Shown here one piece after another: positions 27,939-38,627 of a stretch of 64,000 nt of DNA. The position numbers were made by a program, and so were the translations under genes. This DNA comes from an uncultured bacterium (GTDB taxonomy: Bacteria > Patescibacteriota > Minisyncoccia > Phycocordibacterales > CAIRYW01), in assembly GCA_963766885.1 (NCBI GenBank), contig CAVYBO010000002.1:528606-592605 (forward strand), read 5' to 3'. The stretch's first letter is position 1. Each line of letters begins with the position of its first letter. A model generated the notes under the pieces. It saw only the letters and a program-made list of their open reading frames with translations. It did not search any database and was not told the origin of the DNA.

Positions 27939-29891
27939 ATGAATACGGAAAATAACGAAATTGGAGCTCATTTGAAAGGATTAAACCTAAACCAACTCAA
28001 AGCAGCCAATCATTTGAAAGGTCCCTTGCTTATTTTGGCGGGCGCCGGGGCAGGTAAAACCAAGACCATTACAACAAGAATCATTAATTTGATAAAGAGC
28101 GGCGTAAGTCCAAAAGAAATACTAGCTATAACTTTTACCAACAAAGCAGCTGGCGAAATGCGCGGAAGAATCCTTAAAATGATGGAATTGGAAGAAAAAT
28201 TATACGCCGAAGCGGGTATTTTGCCTTTTGTATCAACATTTCATTCTTTAGGAGTTTACATAATCAGGGAAGAATCTTTCCTTCTGGATTTGCCAAGATT
28301 TTTTAATATTTTTGACAAGGAAGATTCAAAAAAAACAATCAAAGAAGCAATGGAACGCGCCAGCGTGGACCCAAAAGAAATCAATCCAGGCAAAGCGATG
28401 AGTATAATTTCTCGTGAAAAGGGAAATGGCGTGGAATTTGAGGAATTTGAAGCTTCTGGAGAAAAAAACTTCATTGAAGAAAGGGTTTCGGAAATTTGGC
28501 AGCAGTACGAGAAAATTTTGAAAGAAGAGAAAGCTTTGGATTTTGATGATCTTCTGCTTAAAACGCTTAATCTCCTGAAAAGAGAAAGTGTTAGAAAAAA
28601 ATATCAGGAAAGATGGCGTTACATTCACATTGACGAATACCAAGACACAAACCGCGTACAGTATGAAATTGCCAAGCTTTTAGCCGAGCAATCAAAAAAC
28701 ATTGCGGTAGTCGGCGATATTGATCAGTCAATCTACAGCTGGCGCGGCGCAGACTTTAAAAATATTATGCGCTTTGAAAAAGATTATCCGGAAGGCGAAG
28801 TGATTTTGCTTGAAGAAAACTATCGATCCACCAAAAACATTCTGGCTGCGGCAAACGCCATCATCGCCAAAAACACTATGCGGAAAGAAAAAAATCTTTT
28901 TACCAAAAATGCAGATGGGCAGCTTATTTCCACTTATGTAGCACTTGATGAAAAAGACGAAGCTTTTTTTATTGCTTCCCGCGCCAAAGAGCTAATTGCA
29001 GAAGGACAAAATGCTGATGAAATTGCAGTTTTGTACAGAGCAAACTTTCAATCCCGAGGACTTGAAGAAGCTTTTTTGAAATTTGGCGTGCACTATAATC
29101 TTCTGGGCACAAAATTTTTTGAAAGAAAAGAAATCAAAGATGCGCTTTCATATATCAAAGCAGCGTTAAATCCTGGGAGTCAATCTGATTTGAAAAGAAT
29201 TATAAATACCCCGGCCAGAGGAATTGGTAAAGTTTCACTTTTGAAGGTTTTATCTGGACAAGAAAATGAGTTATCGGGAGCGACAGCGGAAAAATTCCAA
29301 AGTTTTAAAAGATTGCTTTCAGAAATCAAAAGTAAAATTGAAAATGAAAAAATAAGCGATGTGGTGAAATTTGTTATCCAAAGATCAGGCCTTGAAGAAA
29401 TGTTTAAAAAAGGCAAAGAGGAGGATTTGGAAAGATTGGAAAACCTGCGAGAGCTTGTAACCTATGCGTCGGCCTTTGATTATTATCCACACGAAGACGG
29501 AGTGCTAAAATTTTTGGAGCACGCGGCGCTTTTTTCCGATCAGGATGAAATCAAAGATGACAGAAAAGGTGTCAAGCTGATGACCGTCCATGCCGCCAAA
29601 GGTTTGGAATTTGACGTTGTTTTTATAACTGGCCTTGAAGAAGATTTATTTCCACACAAACGGCTTGATGAAGACGAAAGGTCGCTTGAAGAAGGAGAAG
29701 AGGAACGCAGATTGTTTTATGTAGCTTTGACTCGCGCTCGCAGGAAAATATTCTTGACATACGCATCGGTACGGACAGTGTTCGGCTCCAGAGAGGTACG
29801 GATGCCGTCGGAATTTGTTTTGGATATTGATGATGATCTGCTTAAAAGAGAAACGGGATTCCTGCATAATCTGCCTGATATTAATTTTTAA
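27939..29891 (+). CDS. UvrD/PcrA/Rep-family ATP-dependent DNA helicase
   Basis: Walker A AGAGAGKTKT and helicase motifs throughout. 650 aa. Confidence 0.8.
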   Translation: MNTENNEIGAHLKGLNLNQLKAANHLKGPLLILAGAGAGKTKTITTRIINLIKSGVSPKEILAITFTNKAAGEMRGRILKMMELEEKLYAEAGILPFVSTFHSLGVYIIREESFLLDLPRFFNIFDKEDSKKTIKEAMERASVDPKEINPGKAMSIISREKGNGVEFEEFEASGEKNFIEERVSEIWQQYEKILKEEKALDFDDLLLKTLNLLKRESVRKKYQERWRYIHIDEYQDTNRVQYEIAKLLAEQSKNIAVVGDIDQSIYSWRGADFKNIMRFEKDYPEGEVILLEENYRSTKNILAAANAIIAKNTMRKEKNLFTKNADGQLISTYVALDEKDEAFFIASRAKELIAEGQNADEIAVLYRANFQSRGLEEAFLKFGVHYNLLGTKFFERKEIKDALSYIKAALNPGSQSDLKRIINTPARGIGKVSLLKVLSGQENELSGATAEKFQSFKRLLSEIKSKIENEKISDVVKFVIQRSGLEEMFKKGKEEDLERLENLRELVTYASAFDYYPHEDGVLKFLEHAALFSDQDEIKDDRKGVKLMTVHAAKGLEFDVVFITGLEEDLFPHKRLDEDERSLEEGEEERRLFYVALTRARRKIFLTYASVRTVFGSREVRMPSEFVLDIDDDLLKRETGFLHNLPDINF

Positions 29892-29894
29892 TTT

Positions 29895-30753
29895 ATGAAT
29901 AAAATTTTTGCAAAAAAATCGCTTGGACAAAACTTTCTTTCTTCGAAAAAAATTGTTGAAAGAATTGTTATGGAAGCAAAAGTTTCCAAAGAAGACTGTG
30001 TGCTTGAAATCGGCCCAGGCAAAGGGATTCTAACGGAAGCTTTGCTTGAAAAGGTAAAAAAAGTGATTGCTGTTGAAAAAGATGATTTTCTATTTGAATT
30101 CTTGAAAGAAAAATTCGCCAAAGAAATCAAAGTAAAAAAATTGGAAATAATTCATGAGGATATTGTTGATTTTGATCAAGAAAAAATAAAAAAACCTTAT
30201 AAACTTGTGGCAAATATTCCATACAACATAACCGGAGAAATTCTTCGAAAATTTTTGTCTGGTAAAAACAAGCCAGAGTCTATGACGGTACTTGTCCAAA
30301 AAGAAGTGGCGGAAAGGATTTTTGCTCGAGATGGCAAAGAAAGCCTGCTTTCAATAAGCGTCAAAATATTCGGCACGCCCCGACTTGGATTTGTCATAAG
30401 CCGCGGACAATTTAACCCTGTCCCAAATGTGGACTCTAGAGTTTTATCAATCGATAATATAAACGAGGTCTCAAAAAAATTTGAGGCTCTCGGAGCGCGA
30501 CGGCGCGAGAGCGAGGATGTTTTTCAGCAGAAAAAACATCCGTACTCAAATTTTTTTGAGCCGAGTGAATATTTTTTCAAAAATCGTCCGAACTGGTTTT
30601 GCCCACAAGCGAAAATTTTTAATAAAAAATTTGGAAAAAGTTATTCCGAAAGAAAAACTAGCCGAAATTTTTGCGGAAGCAAAAATTTCGGCTCTAGCTA
30701 GAGCCGAAAATCTGACAGTGGAAGACTGGTTAAAAATTACTTCTGATTTTTAA
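29895..30753 (+). pseudogene. rsmA: 16S rRNA dimethyladenosine transferase RsmA/KsgA interrupted by a repeat-element insertion
   Basis: KsgA N-terminal two-thirds (LGQNFL, EIGPGKG, ANIPYNIT) in frame 1 up to ~30482. The conserved C-terminus (IFSKIVRTGFAHKRKFLIKNL...) continues in another frame (ORF 30481-30753). The intervening ~90 bp is the GC-rich repeat also found at 8003-8092. Confidence 0.55.
30475..30565. repeat. GC-rich structured small repeat element, copy B (inside ksgA)
   Basis: aaaaaaatttgag...ggagcgcgacggcgcgagagcgagg gatgtttttc agcag aaaaaacatc ...ctcaaattttttt with terminal inverted repeats and internal hairpin. Confidence 0.5.
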
Positions 30754-31136
30754 GTACTAGTTCCTGTCCCCGGTAGACTATTTAGTGTTCCATCAATATT
30801 TACGGTCACACAATCATCTGCCACCAAAATCTCACACTCGCCACCCTGACTATATGAGCCCAGAAGATATCTTGAAGCCCAAATGTCGTCATAAATATAC
30901 AAACGTGATTGGCCTGGTTCATAAAGCAGATTTAATTCCCGCTTTGTTCCAAAATCATAAACTATAACCACATCATTGCTGGCATCGCTGCACGTACAAG
31001 GAAGTGTAACCAAATGCAGAGCTCCAAAATATGTAGAAATTCCAGCAGACTGTGCATAAACACGAGTGACAGCAAGAAAAATCAGGGCAGTTGAAATTAT
31101 AGAGGAAATTATTATCAGATATTTTTGCTTTTTCAT
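30750..31136 (-). CDS. Small secreted Cys-containing protein
   Basis: Signal peptide MKKQKYLIIISSIISTALIFLAVTRVYAQ. No family assignment. Confidence 0.4.
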   Translation of the reverse strand: MKKQKYLIIISSIISTALIFLAVTRVYAQSAGISTYFGALHLVTLPCTCSDASNDVVIVYDFGTKRELNLLYEPGQSRLYIYDDIWASRYLLGSYSQGGECEILVADDCVTVNIDGTLNSLPGTGTST

Positions 31137-31747
31137 TGGGTTGGAAAAATGTTTATTGAAACCGGAACTTGGTTGCTTTGTCCAAATTGATTAGTAACGC
31201 TAATAGATGTATTCAAGTATGCTGTATTTTGACTTGGTGAATCAAATATTTTTTCCATTGAAGATTCCATCATGCTTGTTAGTTGGCTTCCATAAGGCTT
31301 GGTATTGTTTTGAGAAATTAAATTTTTCATACTCTGCCCAACATTGGTTGAAATATTTACTTGTATAGTCTGACCGTCAAGAGAAGTGACTGATATAGGT
31401 TCTGTTGGAAATAATGCAATCTGAAGGGTATCTGTTGGGCTAAAGCCGGTTCCTTTGATTTGGATTTCTGAATCATCATTAAAAGTAGATGGGTTTATTG
31501 ATAATATAACCGGTTTAGATATAACAGGAACAGAGCTTGTGGCATTACTAGCTTCATTTGCCAAAAGAGTTTGGAGTTCCGACTCAAGCTGGCTTAATAA
31601 TTCAGTTAAAAGACTTATTAATTGCTGTTTGGCAGAGTTATAAGCAGTTGAGGTGCTTGCAGTTTGAGCAAAAGTCGGAGAAAAAACCGATAATGAAATC
31701 AGTCCAACAACCAAAAAGGAAAAGTATTTTTTACTGCCCTGATTCAT
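31133..31747 (-). CDS. Secreted protein, paralog of the 22695-23471 N-terminal module
   Basis: Signal peptide ...LISLSVFSPTFAQ followed by QQLISLLTELLSQLESELQTLLA. Confidence 0.5.
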   Translation of the reverse strand: MNQGSKKYFSFLVVGLISLSVFSPTFAQTASTSTAYNSAKQQLISLLTELLSQLESELQTLLANEASNATSSVPVISKPVILSINPSTFNDDSEIQIKGTGFSPTDTLQIALFPTEPISVTSLDGQTIQVNISTNVGQSMKNLISQNNTKPYGSQLTSMMESSMEKIFDSPSQNTAYLNTSISVTNQFGQSNQVPVSINIFPTQ

Positions 31748-31795
31748 ATGATAATTCTATCACGAGCAGATATGTTTTGATGCTATAATATTTTA

Positions 31796-32710
31796 ATGAT
31801 GAGTAAAGTAAAAAAACCAAGCAAAAAAATCATTGCTCTGCTCATAATTTGCTTGGCGATTATTGCAAGTCTGCTCATTATCACCAGAAAAACACTGCCT
31901 ATCGCCGCTCCTGCTCTTGGATACAAAATCGAAGATATACAAACATATAATTCGGAGCACGACAACGATCAAGATTCGCAAGAATTGCAGAATCTATTAG
32001 GAAACGCAAGTTCCACAGATGATTCAGCTGATGCTTCTTCCACCAACACAAGTGATCTTGTGGCCAGAAGTTTATACGCAGGATATCTGCAATTGTCCCA
32101 AAACAATGATACATCTGATCAGTCAAAAATAGACCTGACTCAAAGCATAGTATCCCAAGCTGCGCAGAATTTTGCATATACGCAATTTTCGCCCGGCAAC
32201 ATGAATATTGTAAGCGATCCAAACCAACAATCTATCCAATTTTTTGCTTCTTCTCTGGCTTCTATCCAAGAAGAAATTCTTGCCGGAATGGTGTCAGAAA
32301 GTCAAAAGCCGGGTGCAATAAATTTGTCCAATATTTCAAATATTTACACAAAAGCAGCGCAGGATGTTTATAATCTTCCAACACCTGTTGATCTATCAAG
32401 CACAGCCCTGGATATTGCCAACAATTACAACATCACAGCCGCTTTTTATATGGATCTTTATAACGAAAAAAAGGATCCTGTAACAGTTGAAATCGCAATC
32501 AAATATTTTGAAACTGCTGCCGCAAATCAGACTAGCGACCTTAACGCCATAGCGGATTATTTGAAGCAGAGTGGTATAATTTTTTCACCAGATGAGATAG
32601 GAAATTATTGGAGTAATTTCGGCACAGGATCAATAAACGATATTCCAGCAACAAATAATACATCAGAAAATTCAGACACTTCTTCTTTGGATTCGGAACA
32701 ATCGCAATGA
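31796..32710 (+). CDS. Membrane-anchored hypothetical protein
   Basis: N-terminal TM helix IIALLIICLAIIASLLII. Ser/Asp-rich. Confidence 0.4.
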   Translation: MMSKVKKPSKKIIALLIICLAIIASLLIITRKTLPIAAPALGYKIEDIQTYNSEHDNDQDSQELQNLLGNASSTDDSADASSTNTSDLVARSLYAGYLQLSQNNDTSDQSKIDLTQSIVSQAAQNFAYTQFSPGNMNIVSDPNQQSIQFFASSLASIQEEILAGMVSESQKPGAINLSNISNIYTKAAQDVYNLPTPVDLSSTALDIANNYNITAAFYMDLYNEKKDPVTVEIAIKYFETAAANQTSDLNAIADYLKQSGIIFSPDEIGNYWSNFGTGSINDIPATNNTSENSDTSSLDSEQSQ

Positions 32711-32720
32711 AAATAACACA

Positions 32721-34553
32721 ATGAAAATAAACTGTAGAAAAATTTTTAATTTTTTCTCTCCGATATTAATATTTTCAATGGTTTTTTATCTTCCTCTCAG
32801 TGCTTATGCCCAAGCCACACAAGCCCAGGTTCAACAGTATTCGAGTGCGCTTTCACAATACGGAACATCAGTGCAAGGCGGCACAGGCACAAGCCCAACT
32901 TATGGACAATCTGGGACAGCAGGACTGGCAGGTGCGGCGGGTTCTTGTTCAATCGGCACACTAGGTGCAGCGTTAATTACCAGCACGATAACAAAAGCTA
33001 TTGGCGCTGTGGCCGGTTTGGGACAAACAGCAACTGGTGCCGGAACAAGCGCAGTCACAAGCTCAACTGGCCAAGCTGTTCCAATCCAATACGCCACAGG
33101 GGATGAAATGGTTTTTCAAGCCATAAGCAAAAACCTCAAGGACCAAGGTCAAAGAAATTTTTCCTTAAATGCAAGCGATGGTTCTTTCAACGGAATTGTG
33201 GCTCAAGGAGCTTCGCTTGGATTTAATCTACCGAGCCTCAACGCCATTGGATTTTGCATAGTAAATGAGATTCTTGCCTATATTACCCAGTCAACAATTC
33301 AGTGGATTAACAGCGGTTTTCAAGGCAGTCCTGTTTTTGTGTCAAATACCGGAGAGTTCTTGCAAGGAGTAGAAGACCAAGAACTTGGAAATTTTGTGAA
33401 CGGTATTGCAGAGGGAACCCTCGGAATAAATCTCTGCCAACCTTTTAAGGTGCAGGTGCTTTTGGGCACCCTTGGTGTTGGCGGAAGAGGCCAGCAAAAT
33501 CCATTAAGCTGCACATTAAACGCTATAAAAAATAACTACAATCAATTTGTGGGAGGCAACTGGGGTTCGGGCGGAATGCAAGGTTGGTTTGAGCTTACTC
33601 AAGGAGCAAATAATCCATACGGAGCTACAATGATCGCTCAGCAGCAAGCCCTACTCCAAGTCAACAAACAGCAAAATAATCTTTTGATTAATCTTAATTG
33701 GGCAAAGGGCTATCACGACTTTACATATTGTCAGGATAAAAGCACCCCTAACACCACAACAGGCAAATGCTCCAACGGAGCAGCGCCGGTTACAGGCACT
33801 CCAGGCGATTATATTCAAAACCAAGTCAACGCCAGAGCAGCTGCTCCAGAACAACGTCTGAATATTGCTACAGACTTTGATCAATTAGTTTCAGCGTTAG
33901 TTAATGAGCTGATACAAATCGCTATAAATAAAACACTGGAATCTGCAAATCCTAATACTCCTTACTACACTCCTCCAACTTACAACAACACATCATCAGG
34001 CGGCGGATCTTCTGGTGGTTCGCCAGTAACATATACTCAACCTGTTGTATCTTGTTCTGGTAGTGATGTATATACGACAAACAGTACTGCAAGCAGTACC
34101 TCAACAATAATATGGTCTGCTTCTGCTACAGGCGGAAGCGGCAACTTCGTATATTATTGGAACGGAGACGCTTATGGAAATTCTCAAAATGTTACAAATA
34201 CATACAGCACATCTGGAACAAAAAATGCCACACTAACTGTATATGACGCTACTTCTGGACAGACATCCTTGGCTACTTGTTCTGCTGTTGTATATGGCGG
34301 CAGCACTAGCAGCATTACCGCTTCTTGCTCAGCATACCCATCAGGAAACGCTATAACCTGGATTGCCGACACCACGGGCGGAAGCGGCAACTACACATAC
34401 TCTTGGAGCGGAGACGCTTACGGATCTTATTCAAGCGTTACAAACACATACGCCACTAGTACAAGTGGAACAAAAAGCGGAACAGTGACCGTCTCTGACG
34501 CGTCTTCTTCAAGCACTCCAGCCACAGCTAGCTGCTCTGCAAGCATTAGTTAG
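32721..34553 (+). CDS. Secreted Gly/Ser-rich protein with two C-terminal PKD-like ~85-aa domains
   Basis: Signal peptide. The C-terminal repeats containing TGGSGN(F/Y)(V/T)Y(Y/S)W(N/S)GDAYG and bounding Cys residues resemble the repeat unit of the 61023 gene. Confidence 0.5.
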   Translation: MKINCRKIFNFFSPILIFSMVFYLPLSAYAQATQAQVQQYSSALSQYGTSVQGGTGTSPTYGQSGTAGLAGAAGSCSIGTLGAALITSTITKAIGAVAGLGQTATGAGTSAVTSSTGQAVPIQYATGDEMVFQAISKNLKDQGQRNFSLNASDGSFNGIVAQGASLGFNLPSLNAIGFCIVNEILAYITQSTIQWINSGFQGSPVFVSNTGEFLQGVEDQELGNFVNGIAEGTLGINLCQPFKVQVLLGTLGVGGRGQQNPLSCTLNAIKNNYNQFVGGNWGSGGMQGWFELTQGANNPYGATMIAQQQALLQVNKQQNNLLINLNWAKGYHDFTYCQDKSTPNTTTGKCSNGAAPVTGTPGDYIQNQVNARAAAPEQRLNIATDFDQLVSALVNELIQIAINKTLESANPNTPYYTPPTYNNTSSGGGSSGGSPVTYTQPVVSCSGSDVYTTNSTASSTSTIIWSASATGGSGNFVYYWNGDAYGNSQNVTNTYSTSGTKNATLTVYDATSGQTSLATCSAVVYGGSTSSITASCSAYPSGNAITWIADTTGGSGNYTYSWSGDAYGSYSSVTNTYATSTSGTKSGTVTVSDASSSSTPATASCSASIS

Positions 34554-34639
34554 AAGTGGTCACTGTCAGATTAAAATAAATAAAAATATTCAGGATTTTC
34601 TTTTTGATTTGTTCTATAATATAAACATATTCAACTGAA

Positions 34640-37399
34640 ATGACTTCAAAAAGATTTTTAAAATGGGCGGGATTTATTTCTATATTTTTTGTTTTATGTA
34701 TTTTTAGTACCAGCAGCGCAAGGGCAGATACTCCTGTAATAATTACTACGAAAGGTCTTCCCTCTGGCGTATCAATTCCTTCTACATCACCGTCTTTAAC
34801 ACTTACTGATAGTAGTGGAAACACAGATAGTAATGTGTACAAAGCAAGTAATGGAAACTACTACGAATTAGCGCTACCATCTTACTCAAATGGAGAGACT
34901 GCAACATTTACACAAGTAACACCAAAAACTGATGCGAATGGAAACCCTATAATTACGAGTACTGGACAACCTTTTGGAAGTTCTTCTAACGGATCAGGTG
35001 CCTCCACAGGGGCTAATGGCCAAAACGGCTATACTAGCGGAGGAGTCAACACCGCCGCTGAAACTAATAGCCAATGTCAGGGTACTCTTGCAATTTTATT
35101 TGATGTTGAATGTTGGATATATGCTGTAATGTATTTTATTTTGTGGGCACTGAGTTTGGTCATAACAGTTGTTGGATCTCTGTTTAATTTTGTCTTCAGT
35201 TATACGGTCTTTGATATGTCTGCCAACATCAACAGCTTGGGTGCAATAGACGTGGCTTGGAAAACTATGCGCGACTTAGCTAACATCTGTTTTATATTTA
35301 TTCTTCTTTACCTTGCTATTTCCACAATTCTTGGCTTGGATGAGCACGGGGTCAAGCACACTCTCTCAAAGCTTATTATTATGGCCCTTCTTCTAAACTT
35401 CAGTATGTTCTTTACTAAAATAATAATTGATGCGGCGAACATCATTTCTATAAATTTCTATAATGCAATCAATTATGGCGGAAATGCAAATATGGGAGAT
35501 ATTTTTATGTCTGCTTTCCAACTTCAAACAATATACAACAATTCGGGTATAAACGTCGCTAACACACAATCGGCCAATACCATAAGCAATATTGCGGCAT
35601 TCATTCAAAGCGATCATCCTATAGCGATATTCTTGGGAGGATCAATTTTTGAACTTGTGGCCCTGGCTGTTTTGGTTTCATCAATAATGATGTTCATCAA
35701 GCGTTTTGTAATATTAGTGTTGGTAATCATATTTTCTCCTCTTGCCTTTGCTGGAATGGTGCTTCACCAAACCGAGCACTTTGTGCGCGAATGGTGGAAT
35801 TATCTTCTAAAAGAAGCGTTCTTTGCTGCGATTTATATGATAATGCTTTGGGTCGTAATATCCATAATCGCTAGTTGTGGATTCAAAGCAAGTATCGGAT
35901 TGCTCCCAAGCGGCGCAAGTTGTAAAAACAGCACAGACACCAGTTCTTCTTCTAGTGTAGGCGGACAAGGCTTGGGGTATTCTTTTGAAAATCCAGTAGC
36001 AACTGGGGCTAATGGCTTGGGAGGTTCTGGAGCAGTTTTCTTTGATTTTGCTATTGTAACGGCGCTTCTAATTGCCATTCTTATTGCATCAGAACATATG
36101 GGAGTTGTGGGAGCAGACAAAGCAGTGCATGGAGTAGAGCATTTTATGGGCAATGTCGGCGGCTGGGTTGGGTCAAATACATTAGGAAGGATTGGGAATA
36201 CAGTATTGAACAAAGGTGATTCTGCTACATTTTTGCGAGATGCTGCTGCTGGTAGACTTGGTAATAATCCTGTATCTAAATTCATATATCGTAGAATTGG
36301 AGAGGCTGGAGTGGGTGTTACCTCAAGCATGAGTGCGGGTAAATATGGAGGACATCATAGTTATGAAGATAAGGTTCATCACAGAGAGGAGGCGTTTGAA
36401 GCATCAAGCGATGAACACCACGAGGATTCATTAGTTGACGCAGAGATGCTTATGCGAGGAGCAAGTGATCCCCTAAGAACTATGGGTACAGATTTTAAGA
36501 CTGCCGATCATTTACATCATAAATGGAACGCGGAAAAACACGCTAACGTAATGCTAGCACTCCAAAGTATTGAAGGAGATGCAAATAGACCTGCAGCAGA
36601 AAGAGCAAGAGCAACAGGAGCATTGGACAGATTTTATACGGGGGGTCATGCCGGAACAGGAAGGCTAACACCTGAAAAAGCTAACCAGGTATCTAGAGCA
36701 ATAAGTGGGGGTGTGGAATTTATTAACGATCAATATAGAAACTTGATAAATAATTTTGACCCAAATAATCAAGCAACAGTTGATGCTTTTAGAAACTTCT
36801 TTCGTGCTGAAGGTAGGACTCAAGCGCAAATCTTGCAGGCAATTAAATCGCAAGGACAAGCTGCTGCTACACGATTCATGGGTGCCACAGCCCAGGCGCA
36901 GACGCTGCGAGACACGTTAACAGAAGAAACAAGAAATGTTTTCAACGGAGAAAGGCCTTACGCAGCCATTGCAAGCGATGATCTTATAAGCGACGAAGTT
37001 AAAACAGCTATTGCCACGGGCGGTTACCAAAAAACAATGTTATCAAATCTTTATTCTATCTTTACAGGAGCACATGCTAACACAGCTCGTACCAATCCAG
37101 CCGTAGTAGCTGATTTTCTACATAGGCTTACAGATTACGCGGCGCATGCCCCGGCAGCAAATGTTCAACAGATTACAGCAGCTCTTGGACAAATTACACC
37201 CGGCATGACACCAGCTCAAGAACAAGCAGTGTTACAAGCAGCAATTACAGCATACGGAAATGAAGGAACGACTCATGCAGCAACAGCGTCTTACTATAAT
37301 GGACAAAATGGACAACGAAGCCAGACTAGATCTCCTGTAATAGATCGGGAATACAGACAAAATAGTAATTGGATGAATGATCCAAACTTAAGACCGTAA
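34640..37399 (+). CDS. Large polytopic membrane protein, VirB6/TrbL-like (tentative)
   Basis: Signal peptide, then a cluster of 5-6 TM helices with conserved aromatic residues, then a long hydrophilic C-terminal extension. Sits in a locus with VirB4 and PrgI-like genes. Confidence 0.4.
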   Translation: MTSKRFLKWAGFISIFFVLCIFSTSSARADTPVIITTKGLPSGVSIPSTSPSLTLTDSSGNTDSNVYKASNGNYYELALPSYSNGETATFTQVTPKTDANGNPIITSTGQPFGSSSNGSGASTGANGQNGYTSGGVNTAAETNSQCQGTLAILFDVECWIYAVMYFILWALSLVITVVGSLFNFVFSYTVFDMSANINSLGAIDVAWKTMRDLANICFIFILLYLAISTILGLDEHGVKHTLSKLIIMALLLNFSMFFTKIIIDAANIISINFYNAINYGGNANMGDIFMSAFQLQTIYNNSGINVANTQSANTISNIAAFIQSDHPIAIFLGGSIFELVALAVLVSSIMMFIKRFVILVLVIIFSPLAFAGMVLHQTEHFVREWWNYLLKEAFFAAIYMIMLWVVISIIASCGFKASIGLLPSGASCKNSTDTSSSSSVGGQGLGYSFENPVATGANGLGGSGAVFFDFAIVTALLIAILIASEHMGVVGADKAVHGVEHFMGNVGGWVGSNTLGRIGNTVLNKGDSATFLRDAAAGRLGNNPVSKFIYRRIGEAGVGVTSSMSAGKYGGHHSYEDKVHHREEAFEASSDEHHEDSLVDAEMLMRGASDPLRTMGTDFKTADHLHHKWNAEKHANVMLALQSIEGDANRPAAERARATGALDRFYTGGHAGTGRLTPEKANQVSRAISGGVEFINDQYRNLINNFDPNNQATVDAFRNFFRAEGRTQAQILQAIKSQGQAAATRFMGATAQAQTLRDTLTEETRNVFNGERPYAAIASDDLISDEVKTAIATGGYQKTMLSNLYSIFTGAHANTARTNPAVVADFLHRLTDYAAHAPAANVQQITAALGQITPGMTPAQEQAVLQAAITAYGNEGTTHAATASYYNGQNGQRSQTRSPVIDREYRQNSNWMNDPNLRP

Positions 37400-37400
37400 A

Positions 37401-38102
37401 ATGCAAAAGCTAAAACAAAATCAATACACCGAAATTTTTCAAAAGCTTCCTGCTCCAATCAAGGATGTGGTAGCAGCAAGTACCACTTCGGAAAAAATTT
37501 TTAAGATTGCCCAGACACATCGTCTGCAAGTGGATCAATCTGGAACTTTAAATAATATAGTGCTTGATGTTTTGATGGGTATTACTTCTGTCAAAAATTT
37601 TTTGGACACAGTTAAGCAAGAAATCAATCTGGAACCCCACGAAGCGGTGGCACTGGTAAATGATATTGATGAACAAATATTCAAGCCGGTGCGAGAAGCT
37701 ATGGAAAAGGCTTTTGCCGGCGGAGCGCCTTACAAGCCGCGAACAATAGCCACAGCAGACGAGAATGACGATGAGCATCTGCATCTTACCAAGCGCGATG
37801 TCCTAAAGGAGATTGAAAATCCGGCGGAATCTCAAGTAAGAAAAGTTTTGATTAATAATCCTGATTCTCATAAAGAAGATAATCCAAAACCTGAAAATAT
37901 TCCCAAGGAGCCCGAAGCGACAATAGCAACAACAGAGGCAGTGGAGGAATATCACGAAGAGCTTACTGGGAATAAAATTGAAATAAGAAAATTGCCAGTA
38001 GAAGCATCTGAAGAAGCGCCAAAAGAAGAAATCAAAACTCCAGAACCTCAAAACACTGAACAAAAATACCAAGTTGATCCATACAGAGAGCCGATAGAAT
38101 AA
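37401..38102 (+). CDS. Hypothetical acidic protein
   Basis: ORF immediately following and co-directional with the T4SS-like genes. Confidence 0.35.
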   Translation: MQKLKQNQYTEIFQKLPAPIKDVVAASTTSEKIFKIAQTHRLQVDQSGTLNNIVLDVLMGITSVKNFLDTVKQEINLEPHEAVALVNDIDEQIFKPVREAMEKAFAGGAPYKPRTIATADENDDEHLHLTKRDVLKEIENPAESQVRKVLINNPDSHKEDNPKPENIPKEPEATIATTEAVEEYHEELTGNKIEIRKLPVEASEEAPKEEIKTPEPQNTEQKYQVDPYREPIE

Positions 38103-38135
38103 CTACACATAGGAATTTTCTGCTATAATTTATAT

Positions 38136-38627
38136 ATGCAGTATCAAGTTCCTCAATTCATAGAAATAGAAGACAAGATTTTTGGTCCTCTGACCTTTAA
38201 GCAATTTGCATATGTGGCCGGAGGCGGCGCAATGTGCTTCTTGGCTTGGAGATTTTTGCCTGTTTTCATAAGTATTTTTATCATAGTTCCTGTTGGCGGC
38301 TTTGCCTTAGCATTAGCATTCTATAAAGTGAACAACAGGCCTTTTGTTTTTATGGTTGAGTCGGCTATAAAATATTTTTTCAACAAAAAACTTTATATCT
38401 GGCAAAAAGAGAAGAAAAAACAGGTAGAAAAAACTGCAGCTGTGGCAGCAAATAAAGTTTATATACCCAAACTTTCCGAATCTAAACTCAAAGAGCTGAC
38501 ATGGAGCTTGGATATTAATGATACAATTTATTCAAAGTCCCAAAAATCGCCAATCATTAACGGGGATAGTAAAGAAGTTTCGAGTTTCAAAGGACTAAGC
38601 GAAGATATGAAAAAACAATGGCAATAA
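38136..38627 (+). CDS. PrgI-family (VirB3-like) small membrane protein (tentative)
   Basis: VPQFIEIEDKIFGPLTFKQF followed by two TM helices. Positioned directly upstream of VirB4, as PrgI/VirB3 usually is. Confidence 0.45.
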   Translation: MQYQVPQFIEIEDKIFGPLTFKQFAYVAGGGAMCFLAWRFLPVFISIFIIVPVGGFALALAFYKVNNRPFVFMVESAIKYFFNKKLYIWQKEKKKQVEKTAAVAANKVYIPKLSESKLKELTWSLDINDTIYSKSQKSPIINGDSKEVSSFKGLSEDMKKQWQ

